From: Octopus sinensis
Taxonomy: Eukaryota
DNA: 64,000 bases
Direction: 5' to 3'
NCBI RefSeq assembly: GCF_006345805.1
Contig: NC_043006.1
Span: forward strand, 91,450,001-91,514,000
Position 1 is the first letter of the stretch, and each line of letters opens with the position of its first letter. Below, in pieces: positions 36,646 to 50,300 of this stretch. The position numbers and the translations under genes are program-made. The notes beneath the pieces are model-generated. The model saw only the letters and a list, made by a program, of their open reading frames with translations, did no database searches and was not told where the DNA came from.

Positions 36646-37347
36646 AGATATAAACAAAATACCCAGAGAAGCGAATGGATTCAATCAATCTTTTGGTCGT
36701 CGCTCATCAGTTGAAGATGTTGCGTTAGTGTTTTATATTTAAAACAATTCAGTTTAACAGAAGCTTTTTTCCCTCAGCCCAACAACTAAATATTTTCTAG
36801 AGCTTATGATCCTGCGATATTATGTTCTGTTTGATGCTATTTCGTCAGTTCCTCAACCGAAAAACCGCGCATATTTCATTGCATTTCAGACGATAAAAAA
36901 AATCACTTCCAAGTGATTCTTGTGTATTAAATACGTACACATGCAGCCTTGTGCAGAAATGAGTTCATTGCAAAATGCATCCAATAGTTTCTTTTAACGA
37001 CTTCAAATATATCTTGTTTATTATCAAACGGATGTCTTATAAAACTATTCCGCACATACAACAACAGCATACCAATAATACAACCCACCTCCATCATCAG
37101 CTGCCCCACGGATATCACTATGGTTTCGACACCTAGACAGTACCATTCAATCCGGCGGTGATCGTTTTTCTGGCAACTGGGTCAGGCGTGATTGTGCGTT
37201 TAGGAAGTACTCTTTGTAACCCGGGTTCAGACCCATACTGCAAAAGTTTGGGTAAATGTTTTCTGGTATAGTCCTGAGCCGACCAATGCCCTGAAATTTC
37301 ATAGATGGAAACTGTGTGGAAGCCTGTCGTATAGATATGCATATGTA

Positions 37348-37650
37348 TATCACCATGACCGACCAGACAATCAGATGTTGCTACACGTCGCTGGTCACAA
37401 TGCGCTTCGCATTGTTTTAGCCTTCAAATGACGCCACCCCGCTGGCTAAGCGAGCAGGCCAACAGAAGAAAGAGTAAGAGAAAGTTGTGGCGAAGGAGTA
37501 CAGCAGGGATCACCACCATCCCCTGCCGGAACCGCGTGGAGCTTTAGGTGTTTTCGCTCAATAAATACTCACAACGCCCGGTCTGGGAATCGAAACCGCG
37601 TTCCTACAATCGCGAGTCCGCTGCCCTAACCACTGGGCCATTGCGCTTCC
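37348..37650 (-). mobile_element. SINE family D, tail type 2, full length
   Basis: Minus strand GGAAGCGCAATGGCCCAGTGGTTAGGG head shared with the 12518 copy, but a different 3' half. Confidence 0.85.
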
Positions 37651-37672
37651 ATACATATGTATATATATATGT

Positions 37673-39560
37673 AATAAATTTGCTGGGGCAACCAAATTTT
37701 CCCATAACCTTCCAGAGTCCCTCCTGCCTGACTGTATCGAAAGCCCTGGTGAGGTCAACAAAGGTCATGCAGAGGTCAAGATGCTGCTCCATGCATTTCT
37801 CCTGGAGCTAGCGGGCGGCGAATATCATGTCAGTGGTCCCTCGACCCGCGCGGAAGCCACACTGGCTCTCAGGGAGAAGGCCTTGCTCCAAGTGTTCCAG
37901 AAGGCGGTCAAGCAGGACTCGGGCCAGGATCTTGCCTGCTATGGACAAGAGGGAGATTCCTCGGTGGTTGTCGCAGGACTGCCGATCTCCTTTCCGCTTA
38001 TAAATGTGGACGATTGTTGCGTCCCGGAAATCTTGAGGGAGTTGTTCCTTGTCCCACATCGACTGGAACATGCTGGTGAGCTGACTGATCATGGTGGGGC
38101 CGCCCGACTTGAACACCTCTGCAGGGAAGGCGTCAGAGCCTGGAGCTTTGCCGGTGGACATTTTTTTGATGGCTCTGCTCACTTCCTCGACTGCAGGGGG
38201 AACAGCCAGCTCGTGGTTTGTCGGCACCTGGGGGAGTCGTGCGATGGCTTCCTCGTTGATCTGGGCTGGTCGATTGAGCACGATGTTGAAATGCTCCGCC
38301 CATGGATCAACCCCCCTCATGGGAAAATTTGGTTGCCCCAGCAAATTTATTGCAATTGTCCGCCATTTCCACGACGGAATGACAGTCAGAGTCCTTGAAG
38401 ACGGCAACTCATCTGAAGTCTTCCAGGTGACCAACGGAGTCAGGCAGGGCTGTGTCCTGGCCCCATCACTGTTCAGCATCATGTTCTCGGCAATGCTGTC
38501 CGACGCCTTCAGGGACTGCAAGTCCGGTATCGACATCAAGTACAGGACAGACGGGAAATTTTTCAACTCCAGAAGATTGCAGGCCGTCACAAAGGTGAGG
38601 GAGACAGTCGTCAGAGACTTTCTCTTTGCTGACGACTGCGCCCTTAACGCAATCGATGAGCAGGAGATGCAGCTCGGGATGGACAGGTTCTCATCAGCCT
38701 GTGACAACTTCGGTCTCACCATCAGTGCCAAGAAAACCGAAGTGATATTTCAGCCAGCCCCCGGCAAACAATACCCTCAGATAAAGGTGAACGGACGGAT
38801 CCTACGAGCGGTGGAAAACTTCACCTACCTGGGCAGCACTCTCTCCTGCAATGCCAACATAGATGCTGAAATCATCAACAGAATCTCCAAGGCAAGCAGC
38901 GCGTTTGGGAGACTGCGAAAGAAAGTCTGGGAGCGGAGAGGAATCAGCCTCAACACCAAGCTGAAAGTCTACCGGGCAGTCGTGCTTACCACCCTACTAT
39001 ACGGCTGCGAGACGTGGACTGCTTACCGAAGGCACGAGCGCCAGATAAACCACTTCCACCTCAGGTGTCTTCGGAACCTCCTTCACATCCGCTGGCAGGA
39101 CAAAGTCCCCTACACGGAAGTTCTGAAGCAGGCAGATCTCCCTAGCACCATCACGATCATGCGCAAGGCCCAGCTGAGATGAGCAGGCCACGTCTCCCGC
39201 ATGTCCGACACTCGCATCCCAAAACATCTCTTCTACGGTGAACTCAGCCAGGGCAAACGCAAAGTCGGAGGGCAGAAGAAGCGCTTCAAGGGCAGTCTCA
39301 AAGTCTCTCTCAAAGACTTCTCCATCGGCACAGAGACTTGGGAGACACTTGCTGCCGACCGCTCATCCTGGCGCAGCGCAATCACCACAGGAGCAAAGAC
39401 AGCCGAGGAGAGACGGATTCAGTCAGCAGAACAGAAACGCCAGATGCGGAAAGCCATCTTTCTTGCCCGGATTAGCCTCACCAGCCACCTCCGGTCTCAT
39501 AGCAGCAATTCCACCAAATGATGTCAATGGTCATCTTCGAACCGGAAGGTCGAACATGAT
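37673..39560 (+). mobile_element. RTE-clade LINE, 5'-truncated with an inverted 5' segment
   Basis: 37673-38303 encodes WAEHF...KAPGSD...NHRGISLLS...ESQCGFR on the minus strand. 38319 onward encodes GVRQGCVLAPSLF, FLFADDCAL, FTYLGSTL, LLYGCETW on the plus strand. TGG>TGA at LR*AGHV; (ATT)n tail. Confidence 0.92.
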
Positions 39561-39575
39561 TATTATTATTATTAT

Positions 39576-39616
<41 letters not shown>

Positions 39617-39623
39617 AATATAT

Positions 39624-39953
39624 AACGTGATGCATATATGCCATTTGAATATGGCTAACCCAAAAGGGTGGATGCTACTGTAGTTTGTAGCCCCAGGAGG
39701 ACACCTCCTCCCGCTGGCTATAGACACACTATCTGTGTCCTGTCAGTATTTGTGAAGGGGAGTCATCCTTCCCGTCTTCAACACACGATACACACGTACC
39801 CGAGTTTCAAGGTGTTTACCTTTCATCAGCGTGTGACCTTTCAGCGTGTTTACCTTTCACCAGCGGGAGGAGGTGTCCTCCTGGGGCTACAAACTACAGT
39901 AGCATCCACCCTTTTGGGTTAGCCATATTCAAATGGCATATATGCATCACGTT
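39624..39953. mobile_element. 330-bp foldback: perfect 94-bp inverted arms with a hammerhead in the spacer
   Basis: 39624-39717 is the exact reverse complement of 39860-39953. Confidence 0.9.
39791..39835 (-). ncRNA. Minimal type I hammerhead motif
   Basis: Minus strand: CACACG-CTGATGA-AAGGT(AAAC)ACCTT-GAAA-CTCGGG-TA-CGTGTG. Stem I is 6 bp and stem II is 5 bp; GUA cleavage predicted between 39797 and 39796. Confidence 0.9.
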
Positions 39954-40054
39954 GTGTTATCGCTACTGTTTATAACTCGCTCTGAGATTTATCATTGCTT
40001 ATAAATATATATATATATATATATTTGAATGGCAATATATATATATATATATAT

Positions 40055-40100
<46 letters not shown>

Positions 40101-40102
<2 letters not shown>

Positions 40103-40212
40103 GGCCTGCTCGCTTACCCAGCGTGGTGGAGTCATTCGAAGGCTAAAACAATGCGAACGCATTGTGACCAGCGATGTGTAACTACATCTGATGGACTGGT
40201 CGGTCACGTGAT

Positions 40213-40220
<8 letters not shown>
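40101..40220 (+). mobile_element. SINE family D tail type 2 fragment
   Basis: TTGGCCTGCTCGC...GGTCGGTCACGTGATCACGTGAT between (TA)n tracts. Confidence 0.8.
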
Positions 40221-40252
<32 letters not shown>

Positions 40253-40584
40253 CATATGTATATATATATATATATATTATATATATATATATATATATAA
40301 TATATATATATATATACATATGTATATATATGGATGTGTGTGTATTTGTGGTTGTCCCCACACCCAACACCTCACAACCAGTGTTAGTTTGTTTACTTTA
40401 CCATAGCTAAGCGGTTCGACAAAAGAGAACTGACAGAATAAGTACCATACTTTTAAAAATCAAGTTCTAGGATCGATTTGTTCAACTCCTTCTGGACTGT
40501 GCCCCAGTATGGTCGCAGTTCAATGACTGAAATAAGCAAACGATATTCAAATACTATTTTCCTCCATTCTTCACTGTTTTACAC

Positions 40585-40879
40585 ATGAAAGGCAAAGTCG
40601 ATCTCGGTGGAATTTGAACTCAGAACGTAGAGACAGATGAAATACCTATTTCTTTACTGCCCACAAGGGGCTAAACACAGAGAGGACAAACAAGGACAGA
40701 CAAACGGATTAAGTCGATTATATCGACCCCAGTGCGTAACCGGTACTTATTTAATCGACCCCGAAAGGATGAAAGGCAAAGTCGACCTCGGCGGAATTTG
40801 AACTCAGAACGTAGCGGCAGACGAAATACCGCTAAGCATTTCGCCTGGCGTGCTAACGTTTCTGCCAGCTCGCCGCCTT
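40585..40879 (-). mobile_element. Full SINE family B nested against an older partial B copy
   Basis: Partial copy 40585-40648 is followed directly by the 3' end (TATTTCTTTAC) of a complete minus-strand copy. Confidence 0.85.
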
Positions 40880-42134
40880 ACATTGTACAAATAATGTCGC
40901 ACTTACAGTGCCGTGGGAGGGAATTAATTTCGAACCTCTCGAGGTGGTTCTGGCAGTCAAGGCATTTATTTATCCTGCCTCAGGTAAGATACATCTCACT
41001 GAGTTTGTAAGAATATCAAAACAAGTCGGTTCCATGCTCATTGTAGTCTATATAAAACGAAGGTGAATTAAACAGAGGGCTTTGTTTTACTGTTCGACAA
41101 AAACTGAAACATGTGACACCGTACGTATATTATTCATTCATAGACAAAAGAAAGCAAAGTGTCTTTCGAGTGAAGTCGGTTTTCGTTCCAAGTTTGGTAA
41201 CAAACTTTTGCCTTTTGGTCATTACAGCGACGCCTTATCAAGTTGATCTATGGCAACCTAACAATCGTTTTAATGGTCTTACACAATGGTTTAAGACCTC
41301 ACTTGAACACCATATTGAAGGAATAATTCTTGATTACAATTTTATAATTATAATAACCAATAATCAAGTGATAATTAATATTTACAATAAGATTATGTTT
41401 GAATATCACCCTTATCACAACAGATCAACAGATTAAAGGAGCAGATAAAATATTAGACTTGACATAATCTGCTAAAACTCAGTAATCCAATATGGTCGCA
41501 TTTCAGTGACCAACGTGATTAAAAGAACAATACAGAAAAATATCCCACTGCAATTCCATTTCCTGAGAGCATTTTGTGGGTTGCTTTCGTCCACTGTTGG
41601 AATATGTGTATGTATGGTAATGAAAAATTGAAGATGTACATATATGTGTGTGCGCGTGTGTTTACGTGCATACATACATATACGCACACAAACACACGGA
41701 CATATATATTCTTAGACGATCAGACTTTCTTTTCCCTAAGCATGTAGATTAATTTTAAGAGATTCGTTCCTAATTTCTAGAAAATTATCTCCCCTCCCTT
41801 TTAACAGTCTCTGACAATTGCCGCTAGGTTTTCTTTTTTGTTCTCTTTTACCGTCTAAGACAGGAACTTCAATTAGACAAGAATATTTTTGTGCCTGACA
41901 TTCAATACTTCAGTCTTTAACTTAATTATCGCAATATATGTCATCGCTTTTTACATATGTGATGTATATCTGAATTTATCTATCGAGGTTTGCAAGTATA
42001 TAGTCGTTTATACATACATACATAAATACATACATATATACATACATCCACACATACATGCACACACATATACATGCTTATATATGCACATACATATATA
42101 TACATACATAGTATATATCATATGTGTCTATGTA

Positions 42135-42168
<34 letters not shown>

Positions 42169-42511
42169 AACACATACACATATATTTAAAGCATAATATT
42201 TCTTTAAATCTGTGTATAGGTTACGGTTTTTGGAAATTACATATATATATATGTATGTGTGTATGTATGTGTGTATGTATGTATGTATGTATGTATGTAT
42301 GTATGTATGTATGTATGTATGTATGTATGTATGTATGTATGTGTGTATGTATGTGTGTGTGTATGTATGTATGTATGTATGTATGTGCGTGTGTATGTGT
42401 GTACATGTGTGTCTGTGCGTGCATGTGTGTGTGCCAGAATATATAAATCTATATTGAGTTTGCATGTGTGGCATCTTTTGTCTTTAAGTGTTTGCCTGCA
42501 TCAGTGTATGA

Positions 42512-42566
<55 letters not shown>

Positions 42567-43224
42567 CAATAGTGAGAGCAAGAGAGAGAGAGAAAGAGAT
42601 AGAGAAAGAAGGAAAGCTAGGGAAGGGAGAGAAAGCGAATTGCAGTCTGGGAAGTAGAGGTTGTAGCTTAAGAATCGTGAAGCAGTAATTTGTAACGCTT
42701 TCGTCAGTCTGCAGCGTTCAGCCACATTTATATCTTTACAGCTCAGCGCAAGATCAGTCGGTCGTTCAAAATTAAAGGGGAAAAATACTATTAATTGGAC
42801 TATTTAGTTCAGCTTGTAGATTCTTTGTAATTGCTTTTATTTATGCAATACTTCAGTCAGTAAAATCTCCGATCATCTTCAAGTGATATATGTGATAAAA
42901 GTGAAAAAAGTAAGAAGAAAAAAACGAACAAGAAGGAAGTAGATAAGAAAGATAGGCTCGTGTAAATTTCGAAGTAGTATTAAATTAAAATAGACATCTA
43001 TGTATCATATTTAATGTATTTACTCCGTCGATAGGCCAATAATTGTGGTATTCGTTCTGTTATAACATCTGTTATGGACTTACTGAGTTATTGGAAGGAG
43101 ACGAAAAATTGCCTCAGTAGCGGCCGGTGAGAACATTTTGGTCTTGTTGGGCTTCTTCGATGACAGCCAGTCGTATATCCGGACGAGAATTCGTTGCCTA
43201 CTGATATAAGCTTTAAATTTTGGT

Positions 43225-43390
43225 ACAGGGCCAGCAAGTTGGAGGGGAAAGGGCTAAGTCGACCTCAGAGTTCTACTGGTATTTATTTCATCGATCCCGA
43301 AAGGATGAAAGGCAAAGTCAACCACGGCGGAATTTAAAATACCGCCAAGCATTTTCCCCGGCGTGCTAACGAATCTGCCAGCTCGCCTCC
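43225..43390 (-). mobile_element. SINE family B, diverged
   Basis: CGATCCCGAAAGGATGAAAGGCAAAGTC...CGGCGTGCTAACGAATCTGCCAGCTCGCC. Confidence 0.7.
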
Positions 43391-43519
43391 TTTCGTCGCC
43401 AAGTGATAGAGAAAACAACGAAAGAAACATTCACTGATGTTATGAATAGCTACCTTGCCGAAGAAAAATGAGGTATACGCAATTCAGTATTTAATTAAAA
43501 TAGGCAACTTTGTTTCATA

Positions 43520-43553
<34 letters not shown>

Positions 43554-45409
43554 ACCTTGGGTAGGCCAGTTATTACGGTAGTTGTTCTGAGACAACATCT
43601 CTTATAGGCGTGCTATGTTAAAAGCACAATAAATAAGGAAGGAATCACTCCAGTAGAAGTCAACAAGAACGTCAGATACGTTTAGGCCTTTTGGGGCCTT
43701 TCCAATGACGTATTCTCGCCGCCAGCCACATACTTGGGCCAGAATTCGTCATCTCACGGCATATAATATACACAAGTAACTATTTTAACTAAGTATTGCC
43801 TGAATTGTGTTTAGCAGATTTTCAGTAATATTTGTTTCCAGAGCAGCTCAGAGTGAGATGCAAGATCTGTAACGAAAAGGATTAAAGAATATGGATATTC
43901 CAGGATATCACAAAGGTATGAATGGCATTATTGATAAAATATCTCAAGAAGTCCCGAAGGAAATTGTAATCCACTCAATACATATAAACACAGCCCTTTT
44001 ATGGTTTAATCGGATGAAGACGGACAGTGTGCATAATTTTTTCGCATTAGTTCTGGGATTGGTTGGAGGAATTGTGGGTAGAATTTGGAAACCTACTCGG
44101 ATTTCTGCAACAGAATGGCTTCAATTAAAGATTCTGCATCACTAGAAGATGGTATTAAACCGTGTGAGAGGATTAAATCTAATATCTAAGAACACGTGCA
44201 GTCGATTCGACGCGATTCCACACAGTTTCAGTAGTCAAATTAATTTTACTCATTAGGCATGAATCTACTAGAAGCTATTATAGAGGAAACTCGGCCAAGG
44301 TGCCGTGCATTAAGATCGAACCTGGAACAATATGAGAGCGAAACTAAATTCTCAGTTAAAATGCCACGGGTTACGATACACTTGGAACATTGGATAATTC
44401 TTCTATCGATCATTGTTCGAAAGCATCAATATTAAGCCATTTCTTTGATCCAAGTTTTCCAGCAATTTACAAATCTCTCACAAATGAATAAGATGCACAA
44501 AAAAATTATCTGCTTTCTTTCGACAAAATAGTTTCTCTTCAGCGACGAGAACGAAAAGAAAATACAAACAAACTAAAAAACAAAACAACGATAAAAAAAA
44601 CGACGAAAGAAACCCACCAGAAATACGCATGAGACATGTTCACCTTGGAATAAAACGTGTAACGTCAAGTTGACTTTGCTGTTTGATTTACCCCCCCCCC
44701 CCTTATCTATAAAGGACATATCGACATACATCTTTACAGATAACATAATACTGAGTATTCTTTAGTGTTCAGTTGAATAAATCTGTCTCATTGATTTATA
44801 ATATTGTCTTAGGGACATGTTATGTAACGGGAGGTTTTCCTGGCGTGAAAATAAAACAAATAAAAGAAGCAATGATCTGCTGGAAAAAAGTTTTAAATAT
44901 TTGACTTTTATTATGTATCATGGCTACTGCTCCTTGAAGAAGTATCTGAAATATACTCGATAGTTAAGGTAATTTCTGGAGTAGATCGCAGACGGCAGAC
45001 TTAAATAAATTAACAACGATCATATAAGAGACGAAAGTTGACGCCATTGCTAGAAATAGAATTGGCTTTGAATCAGAAAAAAGAAGAGATTCTGAAGACA
45101 TCGAAAAGAAGGTAAAAGTTTTAAAAAAATAGTGGAAGGGATGTGAAATGAATTGAATATTATTTTCCTTAGAAGAAGAAGAAGAAGAAGAAGAAGAAGA
45201 AGAAGAAGAAGAAGAAGAAGAGGAAAAAAACCTTTGTAAGTTTAGATTGAATGTATGAAAAAAGTATTAAAGAGAAGCAAAGCCAATCTCAGATAAAACG
45301 GTAAAAGTAAGATTTTATACAGATACAACAGCAGTTTTAGTGGTGATATAAATAAAATTTATTTCTTTAGCGAAAGATATATCTATCAAAGGAGAACAGT
45401 AATGAAATA

Positions 45410-45560
45410 TGAGTGGGAATAAAGCAGAAGGTCCAGGAGTTTAAGTACACCTGTGTTTCCTTTAAATCAAATGGAAACTTGTGTCTTGTCCATCTTGAAG
45501 CACGCATTCAATTAATGATAGCTACATTGCATCGTCACATCATCGCCATCTTTCATTTGT
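45410..45560 (+). pseudogene. Possible RTE-like LINE RT relic
   Basis: KQKVQEFKYTCVSFKSNG...LEARI loosely parallels VENFTYLGSTL...IINRI of the 38-kb RTE. Confidence 0.35.
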
Positions 45561-46275
45561 TTGTCAGGAATCTGAGGGAAATTAGAGGCGGGAAAAATTG
45601 TTAGACATCGAAATATACACAGCTTTGTGTGTGTGTATAAGCGTGTATATCAATATGTGCAAATGTGCGTAATGATTACATATATATATACACACATATA
45701 CATATATATATATACATTTATGTATATGTAGTTATGTAGTTATGTATGTATATATGTGTCTATGTGTAATTGTATGGATACGTATATATACATGTGTATA
45801 TACTTACAAACATGTATATATATGCAGACATAGATACGTAAAGATACATAGCCACATGCACCCACATACTATATATGTATTATATATATATATATACATA
45901 CATGTGTGTGTTTGTGTGTATCTATGAGTATATATGCGTATATATGTTTGCTTTTCTATGTAGATGTAGCTGTCTGTCTGTTGGTGTGCGAATAAGATTT
46001 GTTTCTGTCTTGTAGCAGAAAGTGTCTTTCAAGGATTTTCTAAGAATATACTGTAAGTGTGATTTGAGAGGAAGAAACATGTTTCCAGAGGCCACACGTT
46101 CCATTCAATCTGAATATGTTTTTATGAAAAGTTGTCTTTACAATACAAGATATTTCGAACTGTAAAAGAAAAAAGAAAAAAAAGAAAAGAAAAGAGAGTC
46201 ATGAAGTGTGGTGAAAATTAGCGACAGAAAGGAAAAAAGTGGAGGAGAAAGAAGCGCAGCGAGTGAGTGAGTGAG

Positions 46276-46314
<39 letters not shown>

Positions 46315-46825
46315 GGAAAGGGAGAATGACAAATACGATATTTCGATTTTCACTTTAGCCATTATAATTCCTAACAACAACAATAACAACCTGATGCAAA
46401 CTACTACTAATAGTGCAACGAATAAATACTACTGCTAGTAATAGATAATAATAAAAATCTTTTTCTCCTTCCTAATAATAATAATAATAATATAATAATA
46501 ATAATAATAATGATGATGATGATGATGATGATGATAATGAAAACAACAAGAACAATAATAATATCATGACGCTTCAGGCTAATATTTGCAAACTAAATGT
46601 AGAGCTGTACACCTATTTTAAAGAACGGGCAAACAGACGAAGATAATGCAGAGTCGGGGAGAGAAAGTAACCTGCAAGCGTCTAGTGAAATATGAGATGT
46701 TAACAAAAGGAAAAGATTAAATAAACGGTTGGTGGTTGAAGAAGGAATAAAGAGGGGGGGAGGAAAGAAAGGGGGGAAACAACGATCGATCGAACAAATG
46801 AAAAGATATGAAAATATATGCAATA

Positions 46826-46869
<44 letters not shown>

Positions 46870-46911
46870 TAACAGTAATAATAATAGTAATAATAATAAT
46901 AACAATAATAA

Positions 46912-46949
<38 letters not shown>

Positions 46950-47019
46950 ATAATAATAATAATAACAATAACAATAATAATAATAGTAATAATAATAACA
47001 ATAATAATAGTAGTAGTAG

Positions 47020-47051
<32 letters not shown>

Positions 47052-47262
47052 ATAACAATAATAATAATAGTAATAATAATAATAACAATAATAATAGTAG
47101 TAGTAGTAGTAGTAATAATAATAATAATAATAACAATGATAATAATAGTAATAATAATAATAACAATAATAATAGTAGTAGTAGTAGTAATAATAATAAT
47201 AATAATAACAATGATAATAATAGTAATAATAATAATAACAATAATAATAATAGTAGTAGTAG

Positions 47263-47305
<43 letters not shown>
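46826..47305 (+). repeat. Compound (AAT)/(AAC)/(AGT) microsatellite, ~480 bp
   Basis: Direct reading; source of the poly-N/S and poly-I/L ORFs. Confidence 0.95.
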
Positions 47306-50300
47306 TGTGGTGTAAAGATTAGAAAACGGCAACAGTCCCACAAAAAGCCTTCTTGGCAAGAGCGTCTGCAACAACAAATTAAAGTATTTAGATCTGACAT
47401 TGAATATTTGAAAAACCTTAAGGCTCACAAGACTACCAAACCTACAAAAACCCAAAAATTACTGAAAAAATACAATATGAAAACTATACTTGATATTGAT
47501 GCCACCATAGAAACCATCAAACAAAAGGTATCTGCCAAAGCTGCCCGCATAGCGAGGTATGAAAAGCGTGTTAGATTTTTCAAGGACAACAACATGTTCA
47601 AAAATAACACCAAGAATTTTTACAGGAAGATAGGAAAAACAGCGTTTACTGCAGGGTCTGTACCATCAAAAGAAGAAGTGCAGAGATTTTGGAATAAAAT
47701 CTGGGCAGAAGAAAAAACACACAACGAAAAGGCCCCCTGGATTGACAGAATATCTACAGAACTGGACCCCTTAGAAGAGCAAAAGTGGGAAGGTGTCAAG
47801 GTAGAAGATATAAGATCTGCTCTCAGGAGGTCAAGCAAATGGAAGTCTCCAGGAAAGGATAAAATTCCTAACTTCTGGCTGAATGCCTTCCCAGAGAGCC
47901 ATGAACTGCTAACAGAACTGTACAATGATGTTTTGCAACACCCTAGTAGGATGCCTCCTTGGCTAGTTAATGGGTTAACATTCCTGCTTCCAAAAGTGAA
48001 GAAACAAATGAACCAAAAACTATAGACCCATAACCTGCTTAACAACTATGTACAAAACACTAACATCTGTCCTGACGGAATATACCTATAGTTTTTTAAC
48101 AGACAGCAGCATATTCCCTAATGAACAGAAAGGATGTAAACGTGGATCCTACGGCTGTAAAGACCAACTACTCATCAATAAGATGATCTTAGAAGATTGT
48201 CACAAACGACACAAAAACTTATCAATAGCCTGGATAGACTATAAAAAGGCTTTTGATAGCCTACCACATAGCTGGATTAGGAAATGCCTTGAAATGTATA
48301 AGATAGCACCAACTCTGCGAAACTTCTTGACTGTAAGTATGAGATCATGGAGAACCACACTAACTCTGAACAGTGACAGTGAATCCCTAAATGCTGGTGA
48401 TGTAAAAATTTCGTGTGGCATTTTCCAGGGTGACTCACTGTCACCACTCCTCTTTTGTTTATCCTTAATACCTCTCTCAAAGCTGCTCATGACGCGCAGT
48501 ACGGGTATAAAATGTTTGATAAAAATATAAATCATCTCGTTTACATGGATGATTTAAAGCTTTTTGCAAAAAATGATCAACAACTCAAGGGCTTACTAGC
48601 GATAGTCAAACAATTCAGTGACGACATCAGAATGCAATTCGGCCTCGATAAATGTGCAAAGGCTACCTTTATCAAAGGAAAAATGACAGAAACATCTAAC
48701 GTTAACCTTGACCAACAGAATGTCATAAAAGAACTAGACCCAGCGGAGAGCTACAAGTACCTAGGGGTAATTGAAGGGAACGGAATAAGGCATTCAGAGA
48801 TGAAGGAAAGGATCAGGAGAGAATGCTATCGAAGAGTGAGAGCAATACTCAAGACAGAGCTGAATGCAAGAAACAGGATCGAAGCAATCAATGCATTAGC
48901 TATACCAGTCGTGACTTACAGTTTCAATATTGTTAACTGGTCAATTACTGAAATATGTCAGCTCGACAGAAAAATAAGGAAACTGTTGACAATGCATAGA
49001 ATGCACCACCCTAAGGCAGATACAGAACGACTCTATCTGCCAAGAAAAGAGGGAGGCCGTGGTCTTTTGCACTGGCAATAACAATGAAGATTGCTACAAT
49101 TGGCCTAGACACCTACCTGAAAAACTCTGAGGACTGGATGTTAAAACTTGTCTCAAAACATGAAAACAAGAAAGCATCATACTCAGTCACAAAACAGGCA
49201 AAGGAATATCTAAGTGAATTCCGAATACAACCAATTTCGGAATTAGAGATAGACATACAAGAAACAAGCACAGAAAAAGCTAGGCGCATGAAAACCCGTG
49301 CCAAAACTGCGGCCTTAGATATTCTGAATAATAAATGGCAAGAAAAACCTCTCTATGGCAAATACCCAAAGAGAGCGAATAATGCAGATATCGACAAAGC
49401 CCTGACCCATCAATGGCTAATGGCCTCTGGCTTAAAATCTGAAACAGAGGGGTTTATCATAGCAGCTCAAGATCAATGCCTACCAACAAGAAACTACCAG
49501 GCCAACATATTAAAGATCAGAAGCAGTCCAACGTGTCGTGTATGCAAGCAACAAAATGAAACCATTGACCATGTTGTCTCCAAGTGCAGTCTTCTAGCGC
49601 CTACAGAGTATCTCAACAGGCACGATAGAGCTGCACAATATATTCACTGGGTAATCTGTAAAAACCTGGATTTGCCCCATGAAAAAAACTGGTGGGAACA
49701 CAAACCACCCCCAGTGCTTGAAAATGACCACATCTCACTCCTCTGGAACTTCACCATTCAAACTGACAGGAAGATAGATGCAAATAGGCCAGACATCATA
49801 TTGAAAGACTTCAAATAAAGAACATGCCTCCTCATTGATATGACTGTCCCAATCGATATAAACGTATCTGTCAGGACCTACCAAAAACTGAGCAAATATA
49901 AAGATCTTGAAATAGAAATCAGCAAAATGTGGAAGCTGAAGACTAAAACAATACCTGTTGTCATAGGTGCCCTGGGAATGATAGCAAAAGGGGCTGATAG
50001 TTACCTAACTCAGATACCAGGAAACCCAAAAATGGCAGAAGTTCAAAAGATAGTGCTCATGGGAACTGCTCATATCCTACGCAAAATACTCTCTATGTAA
50101 CCTCAAGGTTTAAAACAACCATAATTTTCGGTTTAAAAAAAAAAAAAAAAAAAACTTTTTTTTTTTTTAGACATTCATTAGTACAACATCCCCACCCCCC
50201 AAATATATGGCACACTAGGCATAACAACAACATGAACTTCCAACCCTGTTGTCTCTTGAGGTCTCTGGGTGAGACTTGGAGCCAACTTGTACAAATATAA

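Noticed and set aside
36672-36712. CTGATGA-GCGA...TCGC on the minus strand (also CTGACGA-AAGC...GCTT near 42700 and CTGAAGA near 44540)
   Set aside because: Stem II is not followed by GAAA, or stems I and III are missing.
36927-37118. Minus-strand ORF with faint Myb/SANT-like Trp spacing
   Set aside because: The similarity is too weak to call by eye and the frame is interrupted by stops.
43891-44145. Possible hAT-like transposase remnant (GMNGIIDKISQEVP...IHSIH)
   Set aside because: Only a loose resemblance, without the HC/H motif or neighbouring domains.
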